DNA of 58,917 nucleotides, taken from assembly GCA_023137195.1 (NCBI GenBank), contig JAGLPV010000012.1, positions 1 through 58,917 of the forward strand. Direction: 5' to 3'. The DNA is from Candidatus Aenigmatarchaeota archaeon (lineage in GTDB: Archaea > EX4484-52). The notes under the pieces are model-generated. The model was not told where the DNA came from. It saw only the letters and a program-made list of their open reading frames with translations, and made no database searches. The translations under genes were made by a program, and so were the position numbers. Below are positions 44,027 through 54,391 of the stretch, in pieces. Within the stretch, counting starts at the first letter, position 1, and each line of letters starts with the position of its first letter.

Positions 44027-45385
44027 TTAGTTTCTCATACTGGTAACTGGTGCCGGAAGTCTGCCTCCTCTTCTCATGAAATTTTTTGCAGAATATTTAT
44101 TGACTTTCATTACGGGCACGTTTCCTAAAAGACCGCCGTAATTGACAGAATCTCCTGCTTTCTTTCCAGGTACAGGAATTACTCTTACTGCGGTTGTTTT
44201 ATTATTGATTATTCCGATTGCCAGCTCATCTCCGATGATTGCATTTATTGTCTCTTCCGGCGTATCCCCCGGAATTGCAAACATGTCCAGACCAACAGAG
44301 CAGACAGAAGTTAAAGATTCTAGTTTATCCAGGCTAAGCGCGCCTTTTTGTACTGCTTCAATCATACCTGTATCTTCACTTACGGGGATAAAAGTGCCGC
44401 TCAAGCCGCCGACGTTTCCGCTTGCCATTGCGCCGCCTTTTTTAACGGCATCCATTAACAATGCAATGGCTAAGGTTGATCCATGCGTTCCGATTCTCTC
44501 GATGCCGAATTGTTCTATGATTCGCGCTACTGAATCGCCTTCTGCTGTAGTCGAGGCTAAAGAAATATCTACTATGCCGAAAGGGATTTTCATATTTTTT
44601 GCCAGTTCCCTGCCTATAAGTTCACCTGCGCGGGTTATTTTAAATGTGGTTCTTTTGATTGTTTCAGAAAGATCTGTTAAATCGCCATCTTTGTTTTTTT
44701 CAACAACGCTTCTTACGACCCCGGGACCACTGATACCTATGTTGAGTGTCAAATCTGCCTCTCCAATTCCATGAAATGCTCCTGCCATGAAAGGGTTGTC
44801 TTCAGGGGCATTAACAAGCACAACAAATTTTGCGCAGCCTATTGCATTTTCGCTTTTCTTTGCAGTTTCTTTTAGCATCTTTCCAAGCAGGTTGACTGCG
44901 TCCAAATTCATTCCTGCGACATTGGTTCCGACATTTAAGAAAGAGCAGACTCTCTGGGTTTTTGAGAGGACTTCAGGCAGAGATTCCACCAGAAGTTTGT
45001 CTGAGGCAGTCATGCCTTTCTGGACCAATGCCCCGAATCCGCCTATAAAATCTATTCCTGCGTCTTCTGCGGCTTTGTCTAATGTAATTGCCATTTGCAG
45101 GTATTTTTCCCTGGTGCAATGGCTCTCCATGATTAAGCTTACGGGTGTAACAGAAATTCTTTTGTTGACTATTGGAACCCCGTACTTTGATTCTAATTTT
45201 TTGGTTTCGTCAATTAATTTTCGGGCATTTTGATATACTAATTCATAAACATTTTTCCTGAATTTATCAAAGTCAGAATCAATGCAAGGTTTTAGATTAA
45301 TGCCCAGCGTGGTTGTTCTGATATCTAAATTCTGATACAGAGTCATGCTGGTAGTTTCATATACTTCATCAATTGTTATTGCCAT
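44027..45385 (-). CDS. DUF711/UPF0210 (PFL-like) family protein
   Basis: LDIRTTTLGINL, PIVNKRISVTP, NAPEDNPFMAGAFHG, GISGPGVV, VCSVGLDM. Confidence 0.92.
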   Translation of the reverse strand: MAITIDEVYETTSMTLYQNLDIRTTTLGINLKPCIDSDFDKFRKNVYELVYQNARKLIDETKKLESKYGVPIVNKRISVTPVSLIMESHCTREKYLQMAITLDKAAEDAGIDFIGGFGALVQKGMTASDKLLVESLPEVLSKTQRVCSFLNVGTNVAGMNLDAVNLLGKMLKETAKKSENAIGCAKFVVLVNAPEDNPFMAGAFHGIGEADLTLNIGISGPGVVRSVVEKNKDGDLTDLSETIKRTTFKITRAGELIGRELAKNMKIPFGIVDISLASTTAEGDSVARIIEQFGIERIGTHGSTLAIALLMDAVKKGGAMASGNVGGLSGTFIPVSEDTGMIEAVQKGALSLDKLESLTSVCSVGLDMFAIPGDTPEETINAIIGDELAIGIINNKTTAVRVIPVPGKKAGDSVNYGGLLGNVPVMKVNKYSAKNFMRRGGRLPAPVTSMRN

Positions 45386-45386
45386 C

Positions 45387-45665
45387 TTAAACCCTGTGCA
45401 TCATTTTGAATATGTTCTCATGTTGGATTTGGATTTTTAGATTCATTTCTTTGCCTATTTTTTCTAATTTGGAACGAACATCTTCCAGCGGTGTTTTTGA
45501 ATCATTCATGTCCACCAGCATTGTCATTACAAAATATCCTTCCATGATTTTTTGATTTATGTCTTCGATATTGATGTCATTTTCATATAACAGATTGGAA
45601 ACTCTGGCAACGATTCCTTTTTTGTCAATGCCTATTACTGTAATAAATAACAATTCTTTTTTCAT
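45387..45665 (-). CDS. ACT-domain protein (UPF0237; start re-placed at ATG 45665)
   Basis: ITVIGIDKKGIVARVS...INIEDINQ...IQHENIFKMMHRV; usual upstream partner of DUF711. Confidence 0.9.
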   Translation of the reverse strand: MKKELLFITVIGIDKKGIVARVSNLLYENDINIEDINQKIMEGYFVMTMLVDMNDSKTPLEDVRSKLEKIGKEMNLKIQIQHENIFKMMHRV

Positions 45666-45769
45666 ATAATTAAGATATGTGTTAATTATATAATGCTTTA
45701 GTTTGTTGAAATGACTACCAAGATATTTTATGTAAAAACCACATAAGCGTGGCGAAAACTTCAATTTAC

Positions 45770-45851
45770 TACCGGGATTTGATGGTTTTTGAGTAATACC
45801 GGGATTCCCGGTAAAAAAGAAAGGTTTATAAATATTAGTTGATTCCCGGTA
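45770..45851. promoter_or_regulatory. TACCGGGA palindrome plus two half-sites around the TATA box of the HATPase gene
   Basis: Half-site 45770-45779; perfect palindrome TACCGGGA-T-TCCCGGTA 45797-45813; TATA TTTATAAATA 45825-45834; half-site GATTCCCGGTA 45841-45851. Confidence 0.7.
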
Positions 45852-45854
45852 TAT

Positions 45855-46820
45855 ATGAAAATATATTTACCAAATAGTGCCTTTTTAGGAAATATAGATC
45901 CATTTTTACGAAGTTTTGAAAGTTCTAATTCTAAAAAACTGGAGATTACAGCAAATAAAAAATGGATTTCGATACATCCTGTGGTTTTATCTATGGTTGC
46001 AGCTTTGGGTCTAACTGTTAGTCCATCGAATATATATTGTGAAAAACTTGAGGCAGTATCCAGGCACTATCTTAAAAGAATGGGATTGTTTAATCTTTTG
46101 AACATAAAATCAGAAATTGAAATAAAAGAGCATGAATCTACCGGGCGTTTTATTCCTTTGACAAAAATAACCAATTCAGAGGAATTGACGAGATTTATTA
46201 CTGATATGATTCCACTGCTCCATCTGGAACCCAAACAAGCAGAACCAATAAAATATATTGTTAGTGAGTTAGTTAGAAATGTTCTTGAACATGCTCAATC
46301 AGAAAACGGAGCAATAGTATCTGCTCAATATTATGAGAAAAGCAATTCTATACGTATTGGGATTGTTGATACAGGAGTGGGTATTAAAGAAACAATAACT
46401 ATGTCTCATAAGGTACCATCTCATCTTGAAGCACTTAGATTAGCATTGACTCCCGGAATTACAGGAATGACAAGAAGAGAAGGAGGGACGGATTATAATG
46501 CGGGCGCGGGTTTGTTTTTCATAAAATCAATAGCAAAGGTGAATAGGGATTTCTTTATGATTTATAGTGGAGATGCGATGTATAAGTTGCTAAAAAGTAA
46601 ACATGAATCAAAACATATACGTTTATGTGGTAATCCTTTCGAAGACAGGCATTCTAAAGGGGATGATTTTTCTTTTTGGAAAGGAACGGTTGTAGGAATT
46701 GACTTATCTTTAGATGCAACAAGAGAATTTTCAATTCTTTTAGATCTCATTAGAGATACTTATGTCAAGACAGTGAAAGAAAGAAGGAAAGAGCGATTTA
46801 GGAGGCCAAGATTCATATGA
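45855..46820 (+). CDS. HATPase_c (GHKL, anti-sigma-kinase-like) ATP-binding protein with STAS-like N-terminus
   Basis: N-box SELVRNVLEHA, G1 IVDTGVGI, G2 GAGLFF, GTVV; no TM or obvious H-box. Confidence 0.8.
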   Translation: MKIYLPNSAFLGNIDPFLRSFESSNSKKLEITANKKWISIHPVVLSMVAALGLTVSPSNIYCEKLEAVSRHYLKRMGLFNLLNIKSEIEIKEHESTGRFIPLTKITNSEELTRFITDMIPLLHLEPKQAEPIKYIVSELVRNVLEHAQSENGAIVSAQYYEKSNSIRIGIVDTGVGIKETITMSHKVPSHLEALRLALTPGITGMTRREGGTDYNAGAGLFFIKSIAKVNRDFFMIYSGDAMYKLLKSKHESKHIRLCGNPFEDRHSKGDDFSFWKGTVVGIDLSLDATREFSILLDLIRDTYVKTVKERRKERFRRPRFI

Positions 46821-47101
46821 TTAAACTAAAATTACTTCCAATTGTTGGCAGTTTTGCTGAGAATAAAGATTTTGCCAGAGATATTAGACTTAAAAAAATT
46901 ATTCCGGCTCTTGAGAATAATCAAGAAGTTACATTGGATTTTGAAGGCATTGATTCAGCAACACAATCATTTATTCATGCTTTAATTAGCGATTTGATTA
47001 GAAAATATGGAATGGAAGTATTGGACGAAATATATTTTAAAAATTGTAATGAAACTATTAAGAAAATAATAAACATTGTTGCGGATTACATGCAGGATTG
47101 A
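46817..47101 (+). CDS. STAS-like (DUF4325-type) protein
   Basis: VTLDFEGIDSATQSFIHALI...IYFKNCNETIKKII; ATGA overlap with the upstream gene. Confidence 0.8.
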   Translation: MIKLKLLPIVGSFAENKDFARDIRLKKIIPALENNQEVTLDFEGIDSATQSFIHALISDLIRKYGMEVLDEIYFKNCNETIKKIINIVADYMQD

Positions 47102-47111
47102 ATAGATGTTG

Positions 47112-47912
47112 TTATATGGCAAAAAATTCTTCCATTGCTTCCTGAATAGTCCTTATTTCTTTTATTTCAATATCTGCATGTTCCTCATAATCTACCCAGT
47201 ATTGCTTGTATTCTGTTTGACAGTAATCAAATTTGCCGTATTTGCTACAGTATTCCTGCTCTGTAAAATTAAGTTCTCTTGAAAGACCATAGGGTGCTAA
47301 AAATAAGTTTGCTCCTGTTTTTTTGGCAATAATTGCTTTTTCCATTATGCCGGATGCAAGACCAATTGTCCCATCGTGGTTGAGCGTACCGGTTATTATG
47401 ACATAAGGATTTATTGTCTTGTTTTGAAGGGCGGAAATTGTCATAATGCAAAATGCAGCTCCTGCGCTGGGTCCTTCAAGCATGGAAGCGTTGATATCTG
47501 ACAAGGTGTAAAAAAAGTCAATGTTGTTTGTTGATATATTTGTGATATCAGAGGCAACATTTATTGCATTCCGGATAGACTGTTCTGTGTCCGGAGAAAT
47601 CAGTACGTTGTTGAAATTAAAAAATATATTTCCTTCACCGGGTTTTACAGACAATGTGGCAGTTGTCATTATTCCTGTCCTGTCTCTCATAACTGCCGGC
47701 ATATTCATCTGCACTGTATTTTCATAGAAAGGAGATATTTTGTTTTTATAAGTGATTTTTTCAATAGGGATTACATTGAGATTAATTGCCTTTATTCCTG
47801 TATACTCTCCCGGAAAAACTTCGTTTTGAGTTGTCTGTATTTGTAATCCTATTAAAATTCCTATAAATAATGTACCGCATAATGCAAATATTATTGCAGC
47901 TAATCTTTTCAT
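47112..47912 (-). CDS. Membrane-anchored Lon-like (S16) serine protease, no ATPase domain
   Basis: N-terminal TM; EGPSAG catalytic Ser, ITGTLNHDGTIG, GIMEKAIIA catalytic Lys. Confidence 0.88.
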   Translation of the reverse strand: MKRLAAIIFALCGTLFIGILIGLQIQTTQNEVFPGEYTGIKAINLNVIPIEKITYKNKISPFYENTVQMNMPAVMRDRTGIMTTATLSVKPGEGNIFFNFNNVLISPDTEQSIRNAINVASDITNISTNNIDFFYTLSDINASMLEGPSAGAAFCIMTISALQNKTINPYVIITGTLNHDGTIGLASGIMEKAIIAKKTGANLFLAPYGLSRELNFTEQEYCSKYGKFDYCQTEYKQYWVDYEEHADIEIKEIRTIQEAMEEFFAI

Positions 47913-48018
47913 AGCATATCAATTACAATAAAGCTTAAAAAACTAAAAATTTTAATTTACGAAAAAAATAATAATGGTAAAAAAGAAAGTAAATAAAAAA
48001 AGAAATAAGGAATAATCC

Positions 48019-49290
48019 TTATTTTGTTTCAGGTACTAAATCGATGCACATTCCTGCGGCAATTGTCATACCCATATCTCTCATTGCAAATTTTGCAAGT
48101 TGAGGGAAATCAGATTGTTTTTCAAGTACCATAGGTTTGGTTGGAACGCATTTTATTATTGCTGCATCTCCTGCTTTTATGTAATCAGGGTTTTCTTTAA
48201 GTGGGTCTCCTGTTGCAGGATTTATTGTTCTGACAATTTCTGTTATTTTGCATGCTGTGTGGGTTGTGTGCGCATGGAATACTGGCGTGTATCCTTTTGT
48301 TATAACATTGGGGTGCTGCAATACGATTATTCTTGCTGTAAATTCTTTTACAACAGTTGGCAAATTGTCTGCATGACCGCCTACTTCACCACGACCAATA
48401 TCTGTTTTTCCAATACCTCTTATGTTTACACCAACATTATCTCCTGCTTTTGCAGAAGGCAATATTTCATGGTGCATTTCTATGGATTTAACATCGCCTG
48501 TTTTTCCGGATGGCATAAATACTATTTTATCATTTGCCTTCATTGTACCTGATTCTATTCTTCCTACGGGTACTGTTCCAACACCTGTAATTGTATATAC
48601 GTCCTGTACAGGGAATCTTAATGGTTTGTCTGTTGGCATGGATGGTGCTTCCAGAGTGTCCAATATTTCCAGTAATGATTTTCCCTTGTACCATGGCATC
48701 TTGTCCGATATAGTTGCAACATTATCTCCTGTCCATGCGGATAGAGGAACAAATGGAATATCTGCCGGGTTAATTCCTACAGTTTTTAGAAGTTTTCCAA
48801 CATCTGCTTTGATAGCATTGAATTTTTCTTCGCTGAATTCAACTTCATCCATCTTGTTCATTGCAATAATCAACTGTTTTACACCAAGAGTCTTTATCAA
48901 AAAGACATGCTCTCTTGTCTGTGGCATAACACCGTCTTTTGTTCCGATAACAAGAATAGCTGCGTCTGCCTGGGATGCTCCGGTAATCATGTTTTTAACA
49001 AAATCACGGTGACCCGGACAGTCAATAATTGTAAAGTAGTATTTAGTTGTATCAAATCTCCTGTGCATTACATCTATTGTAACTCCTCTTTCACGCTCTT
49101 CTTTTATAGTGTCCAATAAAAACGCAAACTTAAATGTGTCTTTTTTTAATTCTTTTGCTCTTTCCTCTATCTTTTTCATTTCCTGCTCAGGAATATTTTT
49201 TGTATCCCATAGAAGTCTACCGATAAGAGTAGATTTTCCCTGATCTACATGACCAATTGTTATTAGATTCATATGTACTTTTTCTGCCAT
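48019..49290 (-). CDS. tuf: Archaeal translation elongation factor EF-1alpha (start ATG 49290 after GGTGA RBS)
   Basis: [68 protein letters not shown]. Confidence 0.97.
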   Translation of the reverse strand: MAEKVHMNLITIGHVDQGKSTLIGRLLWDTKNIPEQEMKKIEERAKELKKDTFKFAFLLDTIKEERERGVTIDVMHRRFDTTKYYFTIIDCPGHRDFVKNMITGASQADAAILVIGTKDGVMPQTREHVFLIKTLGVKQLIIAMNKMDEVEFSEEKFNAIKADVGKLLKTVGINPADIPFVPLSAWTGDNVATISDKMPWYKGKSLLEILDTLEAPSMPTDKPLRFPVQDVYTITGVGTVPVGRIESGTMKANDKIVFMPSGKTGDVKSIEMHHEILPSAKAGDNVGVNIRGIGKTDIGRGEVGGHADNLPTVVKEFTARIIVLQHPNVITKGYTPVFHAHTTHTACKITEIVRTINPATGDPLKENPDYIKAGDAAIIKCVPTKPMVLEKQSDFPQLAKFAMRDMGMTIAAGMCIDLVPETK

Positions 49291-49432
49291 AAATTTCACC
49301 TTTATTTTACTTAGTATGTAATCCAGAATGGTAAAATCTTTAAAAAGTTATCCTGTGTTTTGGCTCATTTATTGATGTATTGTGCACAACAATAGGTATT
49401 ATCTATATAAAATTACAATTAAGAGTATTTAT

Positions 49433-50149
49433 ATGATAAAAGCGGTTATTTTTGATCTGGACAATACATTGATAGATTTCATAAAATTTAAAAGCGCATG
49501 TATAGATGAGGCATGCGATGCAATGATTGACGCAGGTCTAAACAGGACAAAAGAAAAATTGCTTGAAGAAATATACAGTATATATAATGAAAAAACTTAT
49601 GAATATCACCAGGTATTTGATGACATAATAAAAAAATACAATAAGAAGGAGCCAGAGCATGATAAAATTCTTGCAAATGCAATTATTGCATATCGCAGGG
49701 TAAAGAATGCTTACCTGGAAACATATCCCCGAACCCGTTCTACTTTGGTTTATTTGATGAAAAAGGGCATGAAACTTGCAATTATATCTGATGCTCCCCG
49801 GATGCGAGCGCATATGCGCCTTTGCTCAGCCAAACTCCAGGAGTTTTTTGATGTTATTGTGACTTATGATGATACAAAAAAAATAAAACCTGATTCTGCA
49901 CCTTTTTTGTGTGCATTAAAACAACTTAAATTAAAACCAGGCGAGTGTGTTTATATTGGTGATGATCAGATAAAGGATATCGAGGGCGCAAAGAAAATAG
50001 GGTTTATAACGGTTCTTGCCCACTATAAAAACCAGAAACAATTTTCTGAATATGGTGAAAATAGTTATTATTCAAAGAAAAAAATAAAGAAAAATTTGTA
50101 TGATTATAAGATAGAAGATATTAGTGAGTTAAGAAATATTGTTGGGTAG
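49433..50149 (+). CDS. HAD-superfamily hydrolase (start re-placed at ATG 49433)
   Basis: FDLDNTL motif I, IISD, KP, YIGDDQIKDIEGA. Confidence 0.9.
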   Translation: MIKAVIFDLDNTLIDFIKFKSACIDEACDAMIDAGLNRTKEKLLEEIYSIYNEKTYEYHQVFDDIIKKYNKKEPEHDKILANAIIAYRRVKNAYLETYPRTRSTLVYLMKKGMKLAIISDAPRMRAHMRLCSAKLQEFFDVIVTYDDTKKIKPDSAPFLCALKQLKLKPGECVYIGDDQIKDIEGAKKIGFITVLAHYKNQKQFSEYGENSYYSKKKIKKNLYDYKIEDISELRNIVG

Positions 50150-50182
50150 AGAAATAATTTGATAATATGATGAGGATATGTT

Positions 50183-50530
50183 ATGGCTAATTACAGGTTG
50201 CCTGTTGTGGTTGAAAAAGACAAAGATGGTTATTTTGCTTTTTGCTATTCATTACAGGGATGTAATGTACAGGGAGAAACTTATGAAGAAGTTTTGGAAA
50301 ATATAAGAGATGCAATGAAACTGCATATTGAAGATATTTGGAAAGAAGGAGAAACCATTGGTTTGCCTTGCACGACAAATTTGATACAGGTTGAAGAAGA
50401 AGTAATAGAAAAAGATTTGCAATTAAAGAAACTTCTGTTTTTCAGCATAACTGATGAAATTAGGATGAATTTAGAAAAAAAAGGAATTGAGGAAAAAGAG
50501 ATATTGGATGATTTTGTAAAATTCTTGTAA
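50183..50530 (+). CDS. HicB-family antitoxin-like protein
   Basis: LPVVVEKDKDGYFAFCYSLQGCNVQGETYEEVLENIRDAMKLHIE. Confidence 0.85.
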   Translation: MANYRLPVVVEKDKDGYFAFCYSLQGCNVQGETYEEVLENIRDAMKLHIEDIWKEGETIGLPCTTNLIQVEEEVIEKDLQLKKLLFFSITDEIRMNLEKKGIEEKEILDDFVKFL

Positions 50531-50572
50531 AAATCCAAACCTATTAAAATATTTCGGTTTTATGAACTACAT

Positions 50573-52234
50573 ATGGGCAATGAAATTACAAGAGCACATG
50601 AACTTGCAGAAGACCACAAGGAAATTTCTGTTGCAGAATTTTTTGAAAAAAATAAGCACCTTTTAGGCTATGAAAACCTCCAGAAATCGCTTTTAACTTG
50701 TGTTAGGGAAGCAGTTGATAATTCTCTTGATGCATGCGAGGAAATGCATGTCCTTCCTGATATTTATGTTGAACTCAAGAAAATAAAGGAAAACAGGTTT
50801 AAATTTACTATAGAAGATAATGGTCCGGGAATTGTAAAAGAACACATCGCAAATATTTTCGGGAAACTTCTTTACGGCTCAAAATTCCACAAGCTTCAGC
50901 AGTCCCGTGGACAGCAGGGGATTGGTATTTCTGCGAGCGTCTTATATTCTCAGCTTACTACAGGAAAAGACACGAAAATCTATTCTAAGATAGGGGACGG
51001 GAAAGTCCATGTTTATGAACTGCACATTGACACAAAAACAAATGCCCCTGTAATTTCAAAGGAACATACAATTTACGGCAATGGAAGAGGAACAAGAATA
51101 GAGATGGAAGTCAAGGGAAAATATATGAAAGGAAAGAGGTCTATCTTTGATTATCTCCAGCAGACAGCTGTCATGAATCCTGCAACTAAACTAGTGTATC
51201 TGGATCCGGAGGGAAAGAAGCATCTCTTTGACAGGGCGGTTACAAAGCTTGCAAAGAGACCTAAAGAAATAAAGCCGCACATAAGCGGAATTGAACTTGG
51301 AACACTAAAAAAAATGCTTAAGATAACAAATGCAAGAAATATTGTATCTTTTATTACAACAGAATTTTCAAGGCTTGGGAAGCAGACAGCAGACCAGATT
51401 ATAATTGGTGCAGAAGTTGATCCAAAATTAAGCCCAAAAAACCTGACATTTAATGAGATGGAAGCATTGATTGAATCCATCGAAAGAACAAAAGTAAGCA
51501 ATCCTCCGACAGACTGTCTTTCTCCTGTGGGAGAAACTGCAATTGAGAAGGGAATAAAAAAAGAACTGCATCCTGAATTTGTGGCAACAATTACAAGGAA
51601 ACCCGCAGTTTACAGGGGCAATCCGTTTCAGATAGAAGTTGGGATTGGTTACGGTGGCGACCTTGACAAGGAAGGACAGGCAACAATCATGCGTTTTGCA
51701 AACAGGGTTCCTCTTTTATACGAGCAGGCGGCATGCGCCCTTACAAAGTCTCTTATGCAGACGGAATGGAAGAGATATGGATTGAGTCAAGTTGGTACGA
51801 GCATCCCAACAGGTCCTGTTATCTTTACAATTCACATGATCTCTGTATGGGTGCCTTATACTTCAGAGGGAAAAGAAGCAGTTGCATCTTACCCAGACAT
51901 TATTAAGGAAGTAAAGCTTGGTTTACAGGATGCAGGAAGGAAAATGCAGGTGTATTTGAGCAGGAAAAAAAGAGCATCTGATATTGAAGAGAAAAAAGAG
52001 ACATTCAGGAAATATATCCCTGAAATTGCAAGTGCATTGAGTCGGATAACTGGGAATGATGCTAAGGGAATAAAAGATAAGCTTAACAAGGACCTTGAGG
52101 GACGAGTTGAATCACTTGAAGTCAAGACAGAGCAGTATGATGATTTAGAGCTTAACAAAGGAAAAACAGAAAAAGAAGAAATTGAAGAAGTGACCGAAGA
52201 GCTCAAGGAAGAAATGACGGAGAAAGAAGAATAA
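50573..52234 (+). CDS. top6B: DNA topoisomerase VI subunit B
   Basis: [28 protein letters not shown]...[29 protein letters not shown]. Confidence 0.97.
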   Translation: MGNEITRAHELAEDHKEISVAEFFEKNKHLLGYENLQKSLLTCVREAVDNSLDACEEMHVLPDIYVELKKIKENRFKFTIEDNGPGIVKEHIANIFGKLLYGSKFHKLQQSRGQQGIGISASVLYSQLTTGKDTKIYSKIGDGKVHVYELHIDTKTNAPVISKEHTIYGNGRGTRIEMEVKGKYMKGKRSIFDYLQQTAVMNPATKLVYLDPEGKKHLFDRAVTKLAKRPKEIKPHISGIELGTLKKMLKITNARNIVSFITTEFSRLGKQTADQIIIGAEVDPKLSPKNLTFNEMEALIESIERTKVSNPPTDCLSPVGETAIEKGIKKELHPEFVATITRKPAVYRGNPFQIEVGIGYGGDLDKEGQATIMRFANRVPLLYEQAACALTKSLMQTEWKRYGLSQVGTSIPTGPVIFTIHMISVWVPYTSEGKEAVASYPDIIKEVKLGLQDAGRKMQVYLSRKKRASDIEEKKETFRKYIPEIASALSRITGNDAKGIKDKLNKDLEGRVESLEVKTEQYDDLELNKGKTEKEEIEEVTEELKEEMTEKEE

Positions 52235-52235
52235 T

Positions 52236-53330
52236 ATGGATACTTCATATACTAAGAATATTAAAGAAGAGGCTTTGAAAGTAATAAAGCAGATTGACAA
52301 CAGCGAAAATCCAAATCTTCAGATATTGAGAAGAAGCCTGAACAATGTATTTTTTGATGAAGATAAAAGAATCATCAAGCTGGGAGATAAAAAAGAGACG
52401 AGAAACTACTTTAATATCAACCAGGCAAAAAAATTCATGCAGACCATTAAGATTTTAGCGCAGATTAATGAGAACCTTCAAAAAAAGACGCCAAACATCA
52501 GTACCAGGCAATTGTTTTATATGACAAGAGGTATTATAGAAAACTCTGATGAAGAATGCTTTGAAGACCAGAGCGAATCTGACCCGATAATTGAGGATGT
52601 TGAAGTTGTACTTGATACACTAAGAGAAGAATTAGGTTTAATTGCAACCCCTGACGGGTATTTTGTCGGGGATATAAAAGTAAAGGATTTAGTGACAGGA
52701 GACTTGCTGGACTACACGAAAATGGGTTCCGGTGGAGGAGCAATTCCTGCAATAGTTGAAAAGGATGTTTATGAAATTGTCGAGTGTAAGGCAAAGTTTG
52801 TTGTAGTGCTTGAGAAATTTGCAGTATGGAATATTTTGAACCAGACGAAATTCTGGAAGAAGCACAACTGCATAATTCTTACAGGTAAAGGGCAGGCAGG
52901 GCGTTCTGCAAGGAGACTGCTTACACGTCTTAGTAAGGAGATGAAATTGCCGGTTTATGTGCTGACCGACCTTGACCCATGGGGATATTATATTTATTCA
53001 GTTTACAAGCAGGGTTCAATATCGCTTGCATACTTTAGTGAAAAATCATCTGTGCCGACAGCAAAATATATCGGGATGACGACAAGGGATATTATCAAAT
53101 ATAAGATTCCGAAGAGTTCGTGGATGAAGTTGAAAGATATTGATTACAAAAGGATTAAGGAAATAAAAAAGTATGACTGGTTTCAGGCAAAGGAATGGCA
53201 GGAGGAATTGACTCGTCTGGAAGATTTTAAGTACAAGGTGGAATCGGATGCTTTTGTTACAAAGTCGGTTGATTTTGTTGTTAATGAGTATCTGCCGGAT
53301 AAGATTAAGAGGCAGGATTTTTTGCCTTGA
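52236..53330 (+). CDS. top6A: DNA topoisomerase VI subunit A
   Basis: RQLFY catalytic Tyr, QSESDPIIED, TOPRIM LEK...TGKGQ...TDLDPWG. Confidence 0.95.
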   Translation: MDTSYTKNIKEEALKVIKQIDNSENPNLQILRRSLNNVFFDEDKRIIKLGDKKETRNYFNINQAKKFMQTIKILAQINENLQKKTPNISTRQLFYMTRGIIENSDEECFEDQSESDPIIEDVEVVLDTLREELGLIATPDGYFVGDIKVKDLVTGDLLDYTKMGSGGGAIPAIVEKDVYEIVECKAKFVVVLEKFAVWNILNQTKFWKKHNCIILTGKGQAGRSARRLLTRLSKEMKLPVYVLTDLDPWGYYIYSVYKQGSISLAYFSEKSSVPTAKYIGMTTRDIIKYKIPKSSWMKLKDIDYKRIKEIKKYDWFQAKEWQEELTRLEDFKYKVESDAFVTKSVDFVVNEYLPDKIKRQDFLP

Positions 53331-53387
53331 GTGTTATAGGAAAAGTAAAATTCAGAAAACTTAAAAAGAATTATTTTTACTTGGATT

Positions 53388-54047
53388 ATGATGATTTTTC
53401 AAACAAGATATAATAAATTGAAAAAAGCAATAATAAAGCAATTAAAAGGGTTTAAATTATGGCAAAGGTTCAAGCAAAATCATAATGAAATTATTGCGGT
53501 ATTTACAATAATTTTAGTAGTTATTACCTGCTACTATGCGATACAAACACATGAGACTGTTTTATTAATGGAACAGAACATACATTATACAAATAAAAGC
53601 GTTTTATTAATGGAACAAAATGTAGAATTAATGAAAGAAGATATACGAGCAAGAAACAGACCTTATTTGGAAATTTATAATCCAACAATTAAAAACAATA
53701 GCGATAATACAACTTGTTTTATTGAGGTAAATGTAAAAAATTATGGTCCAATTCCTGCCGAATTGGTTGAAAAAAAATTTAATTTTACTATTGGTGAGCA
53801 TAACGGTAGTTCTTATTCAAATAATCCAATAACTATATATACAGACAAAAGTTTTAAATTTGAAAATAAAAGTTTTTTTACTGTTGAGATGTGTGAAATT
53901 GCCAAAACCATGGAAGCAGAATTAAAACTAAAATATAAAATTCACAATACGAATACAACATTTGAAGCATATAGTAAAGTCAAATGTACACAAGATGATA
54001 CAGAAGAAAGAAGAGATTGTTTTACTTTAAAGTCATATACAACATAA
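53388..54047 (+). CDS. Hypothetical single-TM protein with C-terminal beta-rich domain
   Basis: TM IIAVFTIILVVITCYYAI, short coiled coil, RPYL, then VNVKNYGPIPA. Confidence 0.7.
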   Translation: MMIFQTRYNKLKKAIIKQLKGFKLWQRFKQNHNEIIAVFTIILVVITCYYAIQTHETVLLMEQNIHYTNKSVLLMEQNVELMKEDIRARNRPYLEIYNPTIKNNSDNTTCFIEVNVKNYGPIPAELVEKKFNFTIGEHNGSSYSNNPITIYTDKSFKFENKSFFTVEMCEIAKTMEAELKLKYKIHNTNTTFEAYSKVKCTQDDTEERRDCFTLKSYTT

Positions 54048-54067
54048 ATTAAAATAAGTTAATTATT

Positions 54068-54333
54068 ATGATAAACTCAACCAACGCATTTTTGAAGACA
54101 AGAAAATAAGAAGAATATGGCATAATGAGGAGTGGTATTTTTCCGTGGTTGATGTTGTGGCAGTTTTGACAGATAGTCCTACTCCACGTCAGTATTGGGG
54201 GAAAGTAAAAGATAGAGAATTCAAGCAACTTGAAGTGTCCCCAATTTGGGTACAGTTGAAACTTGAAGCTCCGGATGGAAAATTAAGGGAAACAGACTGT
54301 GCCAATACAGAAGGCATTTTCCGCATAACCTAA
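54068..54333 (+). pseudogene. Frameshifted, truncated Bro-N paralog
   Basis: ATG 54068; 7-nt deletion (agtagta) relative to the 54392 gene before FEDKKIRRIWHNEEWYFSVVD; stops after IFRIT. Confidence 0.8.
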
Positions 54334-54391
54334 CCTTTCAAAAAAAAGTAACGGAAGCAAAAAGTTTTAAAGAAGAAATTCAATAATAAAT

